In this document: positions 22,224-34,336 of the stretch, piece by piece
Position numbering within the stretch: position 1 is the first letter of the stretch
Layout of the letters: each line of letters starts with the position of its first letter
NCBI GenBank assembly: GCA_008690995.1
Contig: VRMN01000012.1
Location: 124,001-188,000 of the forward strand
Reading direction: 5' to 3'
Origin: Porphyridium purpureum
Lineage: Eukaryota
Length of the DNA: 64,000 bases
The notes under the pieces: generated by a model
Seen by the model: only the letters and a program-made list of their open reading frames with translations
Database searches by the model: none
What the model was told of the DNA's origin: nothing
Position numbers and translations under genes: made by a program

Positions 22224-23426
22224 TCAATCGACACGAGAGCAATCCATGCCTTCTGCAAGCTGGATGTTTGCCGCTATGAACGACGGGTTAAGATACTTGA
22301 GCAAAGAGGCGCACGTGTCGTAAGGGTTGCGTTGCACCACGAATCCAAACTGCATGAGTAATAATCCGTTATGTTTTTCACCGTAGCTGCCGTAGATTTG
22401 GTCGCCCGGACGCAAAGCTTGGGCTTGCTCGTACAGAAAGCGTGCGCCACCGGAAGAAAACGTGGCCTGCGAGCCGCGCACGGGGTCATGATTGACAAAC
22501 TCGAGGCCTGGCACCATCCGGATTCCACGTTGGCCGCCCCAGGAACGCGACTTGATCAACGCGACAGTCCGCACGAACTCGCGCGAATCCAAGGCGAGCG
22601 CCTGGGCGATGCGCAAATAATATTTCTGGTCGTCGCGCAGCCTGTTACGTATGAGCGTGGAAAATGTCGCAGCCACGCGGTCTGCATCCCAGCACAGTGC
22701 CATGGTGCATTCGCGCGGAAGCATTGCGAGCTCGGGGTACCAGAAGCGGGCAGTGTTAGCACGATGAATCATCACAAACAGAGCCAACACAGCCTTTTCG
22801 TTGCGGTCAGCCTTTTTCTTGCGCAGCTTGTCGAGACTTTCGGCTGCATCGGCATTGGTGGTCAAGCCACTGTCCTCATCGGCGTCCTCATCGTACCCCA
22901 TCACGCGCACAAACTGTCGCACACTGATCTTCCTAGCCGCAGAATTTCTCTCCGCGCGGTCAAGCCGATGCAGATCTGCCACAATCTCGGCGAGTGCGCC
23001 GCGACTCGACAGAACAAGATGCTCGGGCGCCTCGACCAGCGCATCGCCTTTCGTGATCGACCCGGTGGCCACGTATCCAAAATTCGCATTGTCTGCGTCC
23101 ATCGCAACGAGCGAAATGTTGGGGTGCATACGCCCGCCATTGGCCAAAAACCATTCCTGAAACTCACCAACGGCCTCTGCGCGTGACACGGCGCGTGTCG
23201 TCGGCACGATCGGGATTCCAAGGATCCCGCTCACCGATCGACTCGAAAGGACCACCTCCCGCTGCGCTTGAACCACGCTTCCGCGCGATGAAGATAAGGA
23301 CGCGACAAACAGAAGCACCGGGATCCACACTAGTCCTGACAGCAGCAGGAGCAGACACGAAGCGCCCGCGTGTGGCGCCTGTGAGAGCCACACGCGCGTA
23401 GACTGCAACGCGCCCGACAACTTCAT
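22224..23426 (-). CDS. SET-domain protein (Rubisco LSMT/SETD3-like) with N-terminal hydrophobic segment
   Basis: FQEWFLANGG, GYVATGSITKGDAL..P, SRSW, MVPGLEFVNHD, GDQIYGSYGEKHNGLLLMQFGF. First ATG at 23426. Confidence 0.85.
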   Translation of the reverse strand: MKLSGALQSTRVWLSQAPHAGASCLLLLLSGLVWIPVLLFVASLSSSRGSVVQAQREVVLSSRSVSGILGIPIVPTTRAVSRAEAVGEFQEWFLANGGRMHPNISLVAMDADNANFGYVATGSITKGDALVEAPEHLVLSSRGALAEIVADLHRLDRAERNSAARKISVRQFVRVMGYDEDADEDSGLTTNADAAESLDKLRKKKADRNEKAVLALFVMIHRANTARFWYPELAMLPRECTMALCWDADRVAATFSTLIRNRLRDDQKYYLRIAQALALDSREFVRTVALIKSRSWGGQRGIRMVPGLEFVNHDPVRGSQATFSSGGARFLYEQAQALRPGDQIYGSYGEKHNGLLLMQFGFVVQRNPYDTCASLLKYLNPSFIAANIQLAEGMDCSRVD

Positions 23427-23710
23427 CGCATCCCGCGACGTCGTAGCTACTCCACTTCCGACGCAAAGAAACAATGGCTTTACTTGAAAGCGAGTCAGAC
23501 GGCCATGTCGGGAGCTGGCGCCCAGCGATTGGCCAGGAAAATCACAGTCTCATCGCAGCGAATATCCAGGCAGTGATCTTAGCGGCCAAGGCAAGTTCAT
23601 GGCCACCAGGAACAAGCGAAAACGTCAGCTCGTGCTGTGCGTTTCGACCTCGAGTGGGAGTTCTGAATGTGCTGAGGCCTTTTGCATCAGGCTTCTTTTT
23701 TTCCTCGTCG

Positions 23711-24901
23711 TCAATCTTCTTCAGAAAGCCATTCATTCAAATCCTCCAGCAAGAGACGGCGAATGTGTGCGAGGCTTAGGCGACCGAGATTCAGCACAAG
23801 TGTGCTCTCAATTTCAGCAGCTTTCTGAAGAGCATTGTAATATAAATCATCCTTTTGTTCCAACAGCACGGGCAATTTGGTTCCGAGCACCATCATCAGG
23901 TACATCAGCGCCGTGGCTGTGCCGCACTCAACTTCAGCGCCTCGATTGATGTCCGCGCCGCACTGGACAAGCAGCTCAAAAACATGCTTCCACCCCCAGC
24001 AAGAGATGGTGCCATATTGATTGTCGTGGAGAGCAAGCAAGAAAGAGGTAGACCAAACGTCGAGCGGTGCCCGACCATAGACGTCTTGCCCATTCACAAG
24101 GACTCCATGGCGGACAAGTAAATGCATTATGCCCAACCTGCACTCGTCCAAGAGAGTGGGCATTGGATACCACATATATCCAAGGACTTTATGCAGCGCG
24201 TTTGAACCGTCATGTGCTTTCGACAAGACACAAGCGCCGTGCCTAAGGAGGATACCAACACAGTGATTATTTATCTCAGCAGCCGCGTAAAGCAGAGCGG
24301 TCATCCCTCTTTCGTCAGCTGCATTCACTTGTGCTCCATGTTGTATCAGCAAGAGAACAATGAAGGGGCAGTAGTCTTCGGATGCAATAGCTGACATCAA
24401 CGCCGTAAATCCGCGGTTGCATTGTGCATTCGCATCGGCGCCCAACTCCAACAGCACGGAGACAAACCTCTCTTTCGAATAGTAAGCTGCCTCATGTAGG
24501 TAACTCCAACCACCGGGACTCCGTGCATTGACATCAAATCCGTGGGCCGCCAGCAAGCGTAAGCAGGTTCCAGCTCCGATGCGCTGTTCATTTATCTGAT
24601 TGATCCATGAGAAATGCTGTGTCGCCCTCAAATCCACGCCGTGTTCAAGCAGCGCGCGAAGGCTCTCGTCATGACCCTCGATCACGGAATACATCCAAGC
24701 AGTCCGCGCAGATTTATCTTCCGCGTTTACATCCGCGCCGTGCGAGAGCAACAGCTGCACGCAGCTCCAGCTCCCACTCCGAGCCGCGCATATCAACGGA
24801 GTCGCATCTTCAGAATTGCGCTCATCAACAAACGCGCCGAGCTGCAGCAACCGCGCGACCTCACTTTCGTCGCCACCCGACGCCGCGTCACAGAGAAGCA
24901 T
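23711..24901 (-). CDS. Ankyrin repeat protein
   Basis: Repeated TPLICAA/TALMSAI/TALLYAA...LL.HGADVNA units. First ATG at 24901. Confidence 0.9.
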   Translation of the reverse strand: MLLCDAASGGDESEVARLLQLGAFVDERNSEDATPLICAARSGSWSCVQLLLSHGADVNAEDKSARTAWMYSVIEGHDESLRALLEHGVDLRATQHFSWINQINEQRIGAGTCLRLLAAHGFDVNARSPGGWSYLHEAAYYSKERFVSVLLELGADANAQCNRGFTALMSAIASEDYCPFIVLLLIQHGAQVNAADERGMTALLYAAAEINNHCVGILLRHGACVLSKAHDGSNALHKVLGYMWYPMPTLLDECRLGIMHLLVRHGVLVNGQDVYGRAPLDVWSTSFLLALHDNQYGTISCWGWKHVFELLVQCGADINRGAEVECGTATALMYLMMVLGTKLPVLLEQKDDLYYNALQKAAEIESTLVLNLGRLSLAHIRRLLLEDLNEWLSEED

Positions 24902-25379
24902 CTCCCTGCGCTGCACGCGACAACGGAATCTTCGGGCGAACAGCAACCGCACGCAATCGCTAGTGGAGCGACGGAACGTTCCTGTTCGGCGTGCTTGAGT
25001 TGGGTTACCAACGGACACCGAAAACGGAGAAACTTGCGTTTGAGAACGTCGAACCTTGTTGGGAATTCTCCTCCTCCCCCCTCGTGCTCTCTCTCCACTC
25101 GAACTCGTTTATCTCTTCCACCAAAACGACTGCTTGCGCACCTTTACTTCCTGCCGAAAGAACCAGCGACCTCAGATTGCTTTGCGTCTTGCGCAAGCTC
25201 CAGTTTTCTAACAATTCAAACACAGCGTTCGCGCGTGCGCTCCGGCCGAGCGGCTGCAACGGACACCGAGCGTGTGAGTACAGCACGGACTGTACGTGGC
25301 CTTTTTCACGGGCCATTGTGCTCGACCTAGAGCCGAACCTTTCGGGGGGCAACACGACAGGATCGGCCGACTGTCCAGC

Positions 25380-26769
25380 CAGTGAAACTCAATGAAACAC
25401 ACCCGTCCTTTTTTGACAATGCCAGACAAAAATGACACTCATAGAGCAAAAGAATACAAGGTCGACCGTGCGGTGGCCGTTGCAAGCGTCCAAACGAATA
25501 AAATCATTACAAGCAAACACACATTCCAAGCTTCACAAAGCGCGGAATAGGGCTCGGGGCGGGGGAAAATCACGGGCACGACGCTAAGCTTCAGCGGGCG
25601 AGAGCAGGGCATAAGTATTGCTTTGGTGGCTGAGGGTCACTCTTGGCAGGTGATCGCGGACCAGCTGGAAGGACCTCGCTCAGGAACGGTACTGCAGAAC
25701 TAGTTGAAATGTCCGGAAAAGTACGGCAAACGGGGACTCAATCAGAAAGCTAGAAAAATAAAACCTTGCCTGCGCCGAATAATTGAGAATGTCCTGAAAA
25801 CAAAGCCATTTTCTACTGCAAGCCAGGTGCCCGCAGGCATCTTGTCAGCAGGTGATAAGCCAGGCTCAGTGCAAACGGTCCGATTTGTCATTCAAAATGA
25901 GCACACATGGAAGGAGTGCAAGAGAACGCCGCATTTGCAGGATCGCCATCGGCAGACATGTGTGAAGTTTGTGCTTGATCACCGCTGGAAACGCGAAGAA
26001 TGGCGAGATGTCGTGTTTCCAGATGAGAAGAAGTGGACTTTGCACGGTCCTGATGGCTTTAAAACTCTGTTTTGCGGGTCTGGAGGATGAACCAGCTGTT
26101 TGTTCGAATCGTGTTTGTGGTGGACACAGCTTAACTGTCTGGAGAGAAATAAACGGTGACGGAGCGCTTACTCTTTGGTCCATAAAAAAAGCGATTCGGG
26201 CCGTCAGACTGCCGCAGAATACGTGGAAATGTTGAACAGGTCTCGAGTATTTGTGAAGGCTAAATGAAGGATTTTATGCTTCAAATTCATGCAAGACGGG
26301 GCTGCTTCGCACAGCGCCAAGATCACGATGGACTGGTTGCATCGCAATAGCGTGAAGACTCTGGATTGGTCCACGCTTTTACAACATACAAATCTAATTG
26401 AGAATGTACGGGTCCATTTGACACGCCAGGTTTACGGTAGATGCAAGCATTATTACTCTAATTTGAAAGAGCTACAAGAGGCAGTCGAGGATGCGTGGGA
26501 GAAAATGGACGATTCCTACGTCAGAGACCTGTGTGACAGCATGTCAAAGAGGCTGGTTGAAGTGGCCTTGGCGCAAGGAACGAAGCGCCGCTTCTAGAAC
26601 CTGATTTCTTCGTTCAATCTTCTAGATAATGCATTGCGCCGTTTCTGACTTTAATAGGTTGTCACTTTTTTTTGGCTTTAACTGGTCGACCTTCAACAAC
26701 TTCGGACAAGATTTACCATTATTCTCTTAAACGGTACGAATTACGTGTGTTTTTGATTAACTGTCACTT
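25380..26769 (+). mobile_element. Decayed Tc1/mariner (DD34E-type) element
   Basis: Broken transposase frames 25704..26090 (WRDVVFPDEKKWTLHGPDG) and 26289..26597 (MQDGAASH...NLIENV...SMSKRL). Degenerate inverted ends AGTGA..AAT.AAACACAC. Confidence 0.85.
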
Positions 26770-27520
26770 GCTTTACTATTAGAAAGCGGTCAACACAACC
26801 AGAAACGGGCGAAGCTTGTCAAGCTTAACCAAAACATAATTAAAATAGCAGAGCTATACCGAATATGTTTCAGTCCACGGCAAGACACACTGTTTTACTA
26901 TTTATAAGTTTTACGACTTTGCCGGATCTGGTGGTCACGGACTCGGAGAAGTTGAGTTCGCCCAAGAACAATAGGAGACCTGTTGCTGCCACGGCTAAGG
27001 CGATGGCGAGAGCTTTCGGCTTTAATTGCTGCAATCTTGCAATTGCTGAAATGGGTGCGCGAAAGGACAGTGTGTCCACTTGAGACTTAAACTTGCACAA
27101 TTGGAAAACACAAGCAAACATTCTCCCTTGCGACCAAGCTCGCAGCATTTTCTGCTTCCTTGATGCACTGTTCTAACGATGAGCACGGATCCATCAAGTG
27201 GAAGCTCAAGGTTGCAAGGTTCCGACAAAGTGGCCCTTAGAAAACGAGTGCGCTGTTTTCGACATCTTTCCTGAACTCGAACGCCCGCTTGTCAATGCAG
27301 CCTTGGCGCGTAAGTCTATACTGGTCCAGGAGAAACCATTCTGAAACACTTTTGGTGTCCCAGTAAAGCTTTGTCCATGTTTTGGCCAATCTTGGCAAAA
27401 TGTTTCAACTTCTGGTTGTTCTTGTCGTTTTTTGGCTGTATTCGGCCGTTTCTGTCGTTTACCCAACTCCTTTGTTATCGAAAATGTTTTTAAGAAAAGT
27501 TAATCAAGTCAAAAGAAGTA

Positions 27521-29065
27521 CAGTCCTGGCCAAGATGTTTGCAACACTCTCAGAAAATGTGAAATTCGTGTAAAAGTGAAGAATTTTGATAGACAAGGGT
27601 GTGTTCTGAGCACGCCAATCGATCGCGCGTCCCTCGAAACACTAGGAATCGTCCAACCGGGAGGGAAAGGCAAGGAAAGAGCGGGTGGGCAATGGAGACG
27701 GCAAAAAGGAGGGATTCGGCGGGGGACGCGAGTTTTGGAACGTAAGAAAGAAACACGAAAATCAAGAAGGATGAGACTTTAGTACTTGGTGTGGTGGCCG
27801 CGCGCGTCTAGTACAGCTTGAAGACGGCGAGGCATGGACTCCAAGAGTGGAACTACGTACTTTTGGGCATCGGTCGCCCACGCTGCAAGGACGGCAGCCT
27901 TAAGTTCTGCGACGCGTGCGAACTGGCGGCCTTTTCGGTAAACCACGCGCGACAAGACACCCCAAATGTTTTCAATTGGGTTAAGGTCCGGAGACCTTGC
28001 AGGCCACGGCAGCACAGTGACGCCGAGTGCGTCGAGCCACGCCTCCGTCGAGTTGGCCGTATGTGCCGGGGCATTGTCTTGCTGGAAAGTGAAATTGAAG
28101 TCATGCATTTCCAGGCCGAACGGAAGCAAGGCTTCCAGCAAGACTTGTTGATACTTCACGGCATTCAAGCCACCCTCGACGAAGACGGCCATTGTTAGGC
28201 CGCGCAGGGACATACCGGCCCACATGTGAACCTTGCCACCTCCAGAGTGCTGGCGCCTGGCGTACGAACTTGACTTGGCGCGACAGTCGACCCATCGCTG
28301 CGAGGAGCCGAATGGGCCATCGCAGCTCCAAATCTTCTCGTCTGAAAAGACCACTTGATGCCAGAAAGCCATTGGTTTCGCAATGAATGCGGTGGCAAAC
28401 GCCAATCGCTTCCTGATGTTGTCAGACGACAGCAAAGGTTTCCGCGAGACTCGCTTGTAGCGAAGAAAGCCTGCTGCTTGAAGCGTCCGACGCACTGTCC
28501 TGGCCGAGCACTGCAAGTGCAGCTCGTGAACCACCTGTCCGGACGTCAGTGCATCAACAGATACGGCGCGAATGATGCGGCGTTCCGATTTGCGACTCAA
28601 AAGCCGTTTCGGACCTGGCTTCTTGCGGACAATTCGGCGCCCCCTTGACGCCAGATAACGGCTCACAGTTGCATAGGACGGTCGCGAGCGATCTGGGCGA
28701 GGCTTCAGAGCCTTCGCAATGGCTCGCACCGACAGATCCTGGCCCGCAAGGGCGTCGATCTGCCCTTTTTTGTGTTCCGACAGCCACGGTGCCATCGTTC
28801 GGCCGTTGCGCGCTCAATTTCGATCTGGAGACTCTCCACTTGCGCACGAGGAGATGGATCAGCGAGCGAAGATTCTTTGAGCACCTTCTGATGGTCTGGG
28901 GAAAACAAAAACGCGCGCGCCGCGCCTTGCTTCATCGTCATGCTCGATGTTAACAATGTTAAAAAAAGAGATAAAATAAGTTTTCCATTAAAATGGGCTA
29001 TTTCACTATAAGATCGAATTTTTTGGACCAAAATGCAGGTGTTGCAAACATCTTGGCCAGGACTG
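27521..29065 (-). mobile_element. Intact Tc1 element A (1545 bp)
   Basis: Perfect 27-bp TIRs CAGTCCTGGCCAAGATGTTTGCAACAC, flanked by TA on both sides. Confidence 0.96.
27779..28795 (-). CDS. Tc1 transposase, DD34E
   Basis: 338 aa with N-terminal HTH region; FSDEK, QQDNAP-(34 aa)-DLNPIEN, SMPRRL. Confidence 0.96.
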   Translation of the reverse strand: MAPWLSEHKKGQIDALAGQDLSVRAIAKALKPRPDRSRPSYATVSRYLASRGRRIVRKKPGPKRLLSRKSERRIIRAVSVDALTSGQVVHELHLQCSARTVRRTLQAAGFLRYKRVSRKPLLSSDNIRKRLAFATAFIAKPMAFWHQVVFSDEKIWSCDGPFGSSQRWVDCRAKSSSYARRQHSGGGKVHMWAGMSLRGLTMAVFVEGGLNAVKYQQVLLEALLPFGLEMHDFNFTFQQDNAPAHTANSTEAWLDALGVTVLPWPARSPDLNPIENIWGVLSRVVYRKGRQFARVAELKAAVLAAWATDAQKYVVPLLESMPRRLQAVLDARGHHTKY

Positions 29066-29067
29066 TA

Positions 29068-32000
29068 TAAAGGTTTATTGAATATTCCATGTTTTCCGCA
29101 CAGGGTGGCCTAGTAAAATTTCAGAGCAACTCGTCATTGGTAGCGAGGCCGGTCATTGGGATGAGGCGCCGCCTCACAATGCTTGAGGGGTTGTGATTGA
29201 AGCGCACGACGCAGCTTTTGAGTTCAGAGGGCTTTTACGAGCCGGAGAGCGTCTACATGTTGAATCATCTTCCGAGTTCTCAGAGTTGCTCAATCCAAAA
29301 TGAAAGTTGCGAACAATTAAACGAAAGGAATTTGTCCCAGAAGTACCCTACGCGAAGTAGCATACCGTGCAGTGCCTACGAGTTGAAAATCTCTGCGCAC
29401 AAATGGTCAGGCTCAGCTCCTTCATTCGTCGAGATCGAGAGTACAGAACCGAATGTTTAGGTACTTATGAGTGCACCTAAATCCGTGAGAGATTGGAAGA
29501 ATGCTAAACAATGTGCACAACACGCACTCGCGAGCGCGTGTACGGACGGGAAGTCGTGAAGGAGGTGACTACTTTGGGAATGACCAGCAGCAAGCCACGT
29601 CTGTCTCTCGAAACATCCACACGTACCCGTGAAGAATACTTTGAGAAACACTGGAAGTCGTGCAAGGGTGCAATACAACGAATTTCACGAAGTCCAACAT
29701 TCTCTGTCGAGGAATCAGATGCGGTCAGAATTCACCTGAGCATTTGAGGGTTCAATGCTACATGAGATGTTGCTGGTTGAATTACACATGATTGCCCTAT
29801 AAGTTGAAGGGCACCAAGCGCTCGTCATCAGGCCACGAGAACAATATTGTGGTGTTCTCGTGCGCATCTGTGAAAACCCTGTGGCATCTCGAAACGGAAT
29901 GGCTGCGCAGTCGTCGGGAAGCGAGTCCTTGTTAGCCAAAATGGTAGAAAACTGCCAAATGTTTTGACGGAACCAGCGAGGCTGACTTATTTGGCGTGAC
30001 AACGAAGTTTCAATTGTCGTGTGAAACGGCTCATGTAGATGAAGTGGTAGCACGGTGCGTTATCAACTCTGTCCTGCGAGGACTGGCCCGCTCGCATTTC
30101 CTCAAGCACAGCGCCGTGTACTGCATCGTTGAAGATGCTTTTCGGGATTTGCGCCTGCATTTCGTCGTCGCGGATGTGCTACATACGTTGTTGATGGAGT
30201 GGTCAAACTTGTCGCTCTCGTCCGTGCGCATGAAATATCCAAGAGCTTTTGAGCATCAAGCCCGGGACCGCCTTTTCACTCACGCAATTCAATTGAAGGC
30301 TCAACTTCCAAAGGAAATGCAGTCTGACTTCAATTTGCTACTTGCCGTCAAACGCGCTGTGTTAGGAGATCTATTTGAGAAAGCTCTACAACACAATCCG
30401 CCGGAAACCGCAGCAGCAGCGCCGCTTAATAGGCTGGTTCGGCCCTCACACCGCGCTCTTCCCCCTCAACCCCGCCGAGAAGGAACCTTACCCCTATCAC
30501 TGGCCCGGTCGGTCCTCCTCTTTTTCTCTTGTGTGGTTGCCGTCTACGGCGACCTTTTTTACGAATTCTAGCCTACCCATACTGTACCTTTTATGAACCC
30601 TACGCATAACCACAGGGCCTGGTTAGAAACAGGGTCTTGTGGGTACGGAGGGTGTATAGTGGAGAGTGTGGGTAGAGGGGTACAGTGGATGAGGTCAATC
30701 ATGACAGAAGCCATTTAGCGACTCAAAGTTTCGGCATATCACGAAGGAGAGGCAGTCACTTTTTGGGCGTGAAAGCAATTTGAGAGCCGAAAGAATAGGA
30801 AGGGACAAAATGGGTCCAATAATAACGTACAAAATGTGTCGAAGCGTGATTCATGTATGCAGGCGGTATCCCCCAGCATGCGTATCGACAGACGTATGAT
30901 TTGCTGAGCTAGGTTTGATCGAAGGCTTGATGCAGGATGAAGCGACTCCTGTGCTCGTGCCATCCGCAGTGCTGGCCAAGTCTTCGCAGTCAGTGACAGA
31001 GTGGCAACAGAATTACTTCATGTTTGGTGATGCTCTGTGTCTTGATGAAGATGAAACAACGATTGATTTCGCGACTTCCTTTACGCCAGCTCTGGGTGTG
31101 CCAGGCCACAGAAAAACTAATCGACTCTGCGTCGATACCGAAGTTCCATTTTCTATCGTCGGCATGCGTTCCTAGCGAGGGTATCGTTCCCGTCACGCCG
31201 TTCGGTTGACACCTGGACGTCCTGTGCCATTGAAGTTCGGCACAAGCGTACAGCCTTCTCTCGGTGTGGTCAACGTGCAAGTGCCAATCAGCGGGAGTCA
31301 GTACTTTGAGTATACGACACACGTCGTCCAGGACCCATCGGACAAGCCTCTTCCATTTCTTTTAGGAAACGATGTCCTACGGAATGCAACACTTCATTTG
31401 GGCGATCGACTGCCAGGGACCCTGCATAGTGTTGGCAAATGTTGAGTAGAAAGCAAGGAGGGTCATCTCACCAAGGAAAGGATACCTGCAGCTCGTAAAG
31501 GAAGCAGACTTGAAGGCGATCGCAACATTGCTTGGCTACGCATAATTATCGCCCGAAGCTTGCAAGTTTCGCGGAGAGAAGCCGTAGCGGCCTGCAGTGA
31601 GCACGTGATTTCCGGAAGAAAGTTTGTTCAATGAGACCGTCTTCATGGGTGCATGCCATTTTGGAGAGAGACCGGTGCTGCAGATGGCGTGCAGGGACAC
31701 AGGATACACGGTGGCTCGGTTTCTCGTATCCAAAAGGGCAAAGGATAACAATACGGATTTCTTGGAAGGCAGGGTGTGTCAAACAAGCGGTTTACCATCC
31801 ATTGCGCGCGCAGATGTGGCACAGAATTTGTCAATGTAGACTGGTCCACAAAATGTCTGAGCACGGAGGTAAGCCTAGAGAATAATGGTGTGGGAGCGCC
31901 ATTGCATGTGGGAAGAGGAGGAAACGTACATGGACCATTAAAACGCATTTGGACAAATAATCCATTCCGAAAGTGATATTAACCCCGACTTGGCCTCAGC

Positions 32001-34336
32001 TGTGGCGCAGAAAGTCATGAATGATTGCATGAATCCTGTAGGCCTCGTGCTAACCCTCCTACTTTTTGGATGCACGCATCGAACGCTGTTAGGCACCAAT
32101 TTCATGTGGTCGCTGGACCAAAGAGCGCGCCTGTTGCTGATAAAAGCAGCAAGCGCAGAATATGAGCTCTTGGTGGTGCAAGAGAGGCTGAACCGTGCCT
32201 TATCATCCAAGTGTCCGACTGAGTCGCTGCTCCAGTTAGGAGACAATGTCAAGGTCTATCGCCACACACGCAAGCTCTGGGAGGGTCCGCTCAAACTCTC
32301 AGCGGTCGACTAGGACACGAACATGGCAACCGTGCAATTGTCGGCCGGGACCTATCAAAATTTCAGTGCTGCGGTCAAAAGACCATTTCGAAAGCGCGCA
32401 CTTGGCTTGATGCGGCCTGACACTGGTCGATATTATTTCTAAACGTGCGAGAGACCGAGGCCTACGACGAAGCAAGTCAGAATGAGTTGCAATAGCTCTA
32501 GAACCGCGCGATCATAAAAACGGTACTAACGAACAAGGCTCCAGTGGGCAGTATCGTACTGCACACCACGTGGGTGCTTACATCTAGGGAGGCACTGGGT
32601 GGCAAAGTCGTGCGGAAAGCAAGATTGACCAAGTCAAGCCATTTCGACCGCGAAAAGCACATGCAAGTCCCGGAAGCGCCAACCTTGCAGGCTATGTCCC
32701 TGATTCATTTGCTGGCTCATGCGGAAGCCTCTGACTTAGACATAAGGACAATGGACGCTGTGCAGGTTTTCTCGCCAACTACATTTCCGCTGGACCGACA
32801 AGTTTAATCCGTGTCCCCGGGGTAGAAACCAGAGACAAAACAGCGCCTATGGAAACTGCTGAAGCCAATGTAGGGACATGCAGGCGCGCCAAAGTATTAA
32901 AGTGCGCCTCTAACCACTACCATCAAGGACATCGCGGCAGTGTCTTCAACTGATGCGTGCCTCTTCCGCTCACAGCACGAGTGGCTGGATGCGATTTATG
33001 ACGATATTATCCGTCCAGGAGACAAGTAATTCGGAGATGAAACAGCCCGACTTAGAGGCAAGTTTGACATGAAAACGTAAAATCCTTTGACCTGCTGCGG
33101 AAGCCTGAAATTTGCAGATATAACTATACAGAAAAAGGACAGATCCTTGCGGTAGACCAAGCTACATTTACCACTCAGGTACTGTGCTCCGAGCCACCGG
33201 AAACCTTCGTAGAATTGTGGACTTTTCGAGGCAAAGTCCTGTGGTTCTCGACCCGGACAAAGCCGGACTAGAGTTTGCGGTAGCCATGTCTAAGCAACTT
33301 ACAGACACCTCATTTTCCTCCGAGCTCGGAAAGCAATTTCATGGAAGCTTTCGCGACACAACGAACGCGTGAGATGGGGCATTACAAATCTTTCAGCTTG
33401 GCAAGCGAAAGAGGTCCGTGATGTTTGCGGACGCCCGCTTACCAGAAAATCTATACTTTTCCAGTCAGGTAGCCTTCGTGACAGTCATGCAGGACAACGC
33501 TGCAAAAGTGATTCCTATTGCATAGGCATCGAAAGAGACGCGCAGGATCACCTGATTGTTGCTGGCAGCCGAGCTAATGGCGCTTGTGGAAGGACTCGTC
33601 TACGCGCTTTCTTTCAATAGATCATTTGGATGATGAAGATGCACGTGCCGTTGCACTTCAGCACGCACAGCAAGTCCACACGCGACGCAATGTTGATGAA
33701 CAAACTGCCTGCAGAGAAAAGGCTTCCAATACATTTGTCTGTGCTACGTGAAGCCTTCCTTTCCGGAGAGATTGATAATGTCCTTTCGACAGTTAACGAA
33801 GCAAATCTCGTGGACGGATTAGCTACGCCCACAGCAAACAAGGCGCTTCGCCACTTCTTGCAGACACGCATCCTGGATATGACACTGGAGTGGCAAATCG
33901 CAGCGAACGAAAGAGAGAAAAGAGAAGAAGAGCGAGTGAAATAAGTGAAATAAGTTTTGAATGTTGCATGGTTTCGGCAAAATGGCGCGTATCAGATTTT
34001 TGGAGATGGTCTTCATTGCTGGCAAGGCCGGTCTTTGCGACAAGGTGCGACCCTTCAATATTTGAGGTGTTGTCTTTCATGCTCTTGACGCACTTTTTGA
34101 GATAGGGGGCTTGAACGAGCCGAGGAATGCATATATAAGCAACCATCTGCCAACTTCTCGGAGGTTTTCAATCCAAAATAAAACTTACGGAAGATTGAAC
34201 GAAGGAAAGTTTTCTACTGGTGCCTTACGTCTAGAGTCTACCTAGCAGTACACACGAGCTGAGGTCCTCCCCGCGTAAGCGGTCAGGCTCAGCTCTTTCA
34301 TCCGTTGTGAGAGAGACAACAGAACCGAATTCTGCA
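29068..34336 (+). mobile_element. Decayed full-length Ty1/Copia LTR retrotransposon
   Basis: Diverged direct repeats at about 29070-29455 and 33940-34336. Broken protease (LCVDTE), integrase region, RT (KARL...EAPT...MDAVQVF) and RNase H (EKRL.I....LRE...NLVDGLAT) in Copia order. Purine tract at about 33907-33932. Confidence 0.85.
33937..34336 (+). repeat. 3' LTR of decayed Copia (partner at about 29070-29455)
   Basis: Shared blocks CAATCCAAAAT, GGTCAGGCTCAGCTC, ACAGAACCGAAT and GGCCGGTC. Follows the polypurine tract. Confidence 0.75.

Noticed and set aside
23542..23736. Possible frameshifted C-terminal continuation of the ankyrin gene
   Set aside because: Short frame with no recognisable motif.
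26800..27500. Short minus-strand frames between the Tc1 elements (also 42900-43600)
   Set aside because: Likely TE debris but not assignable to any family.
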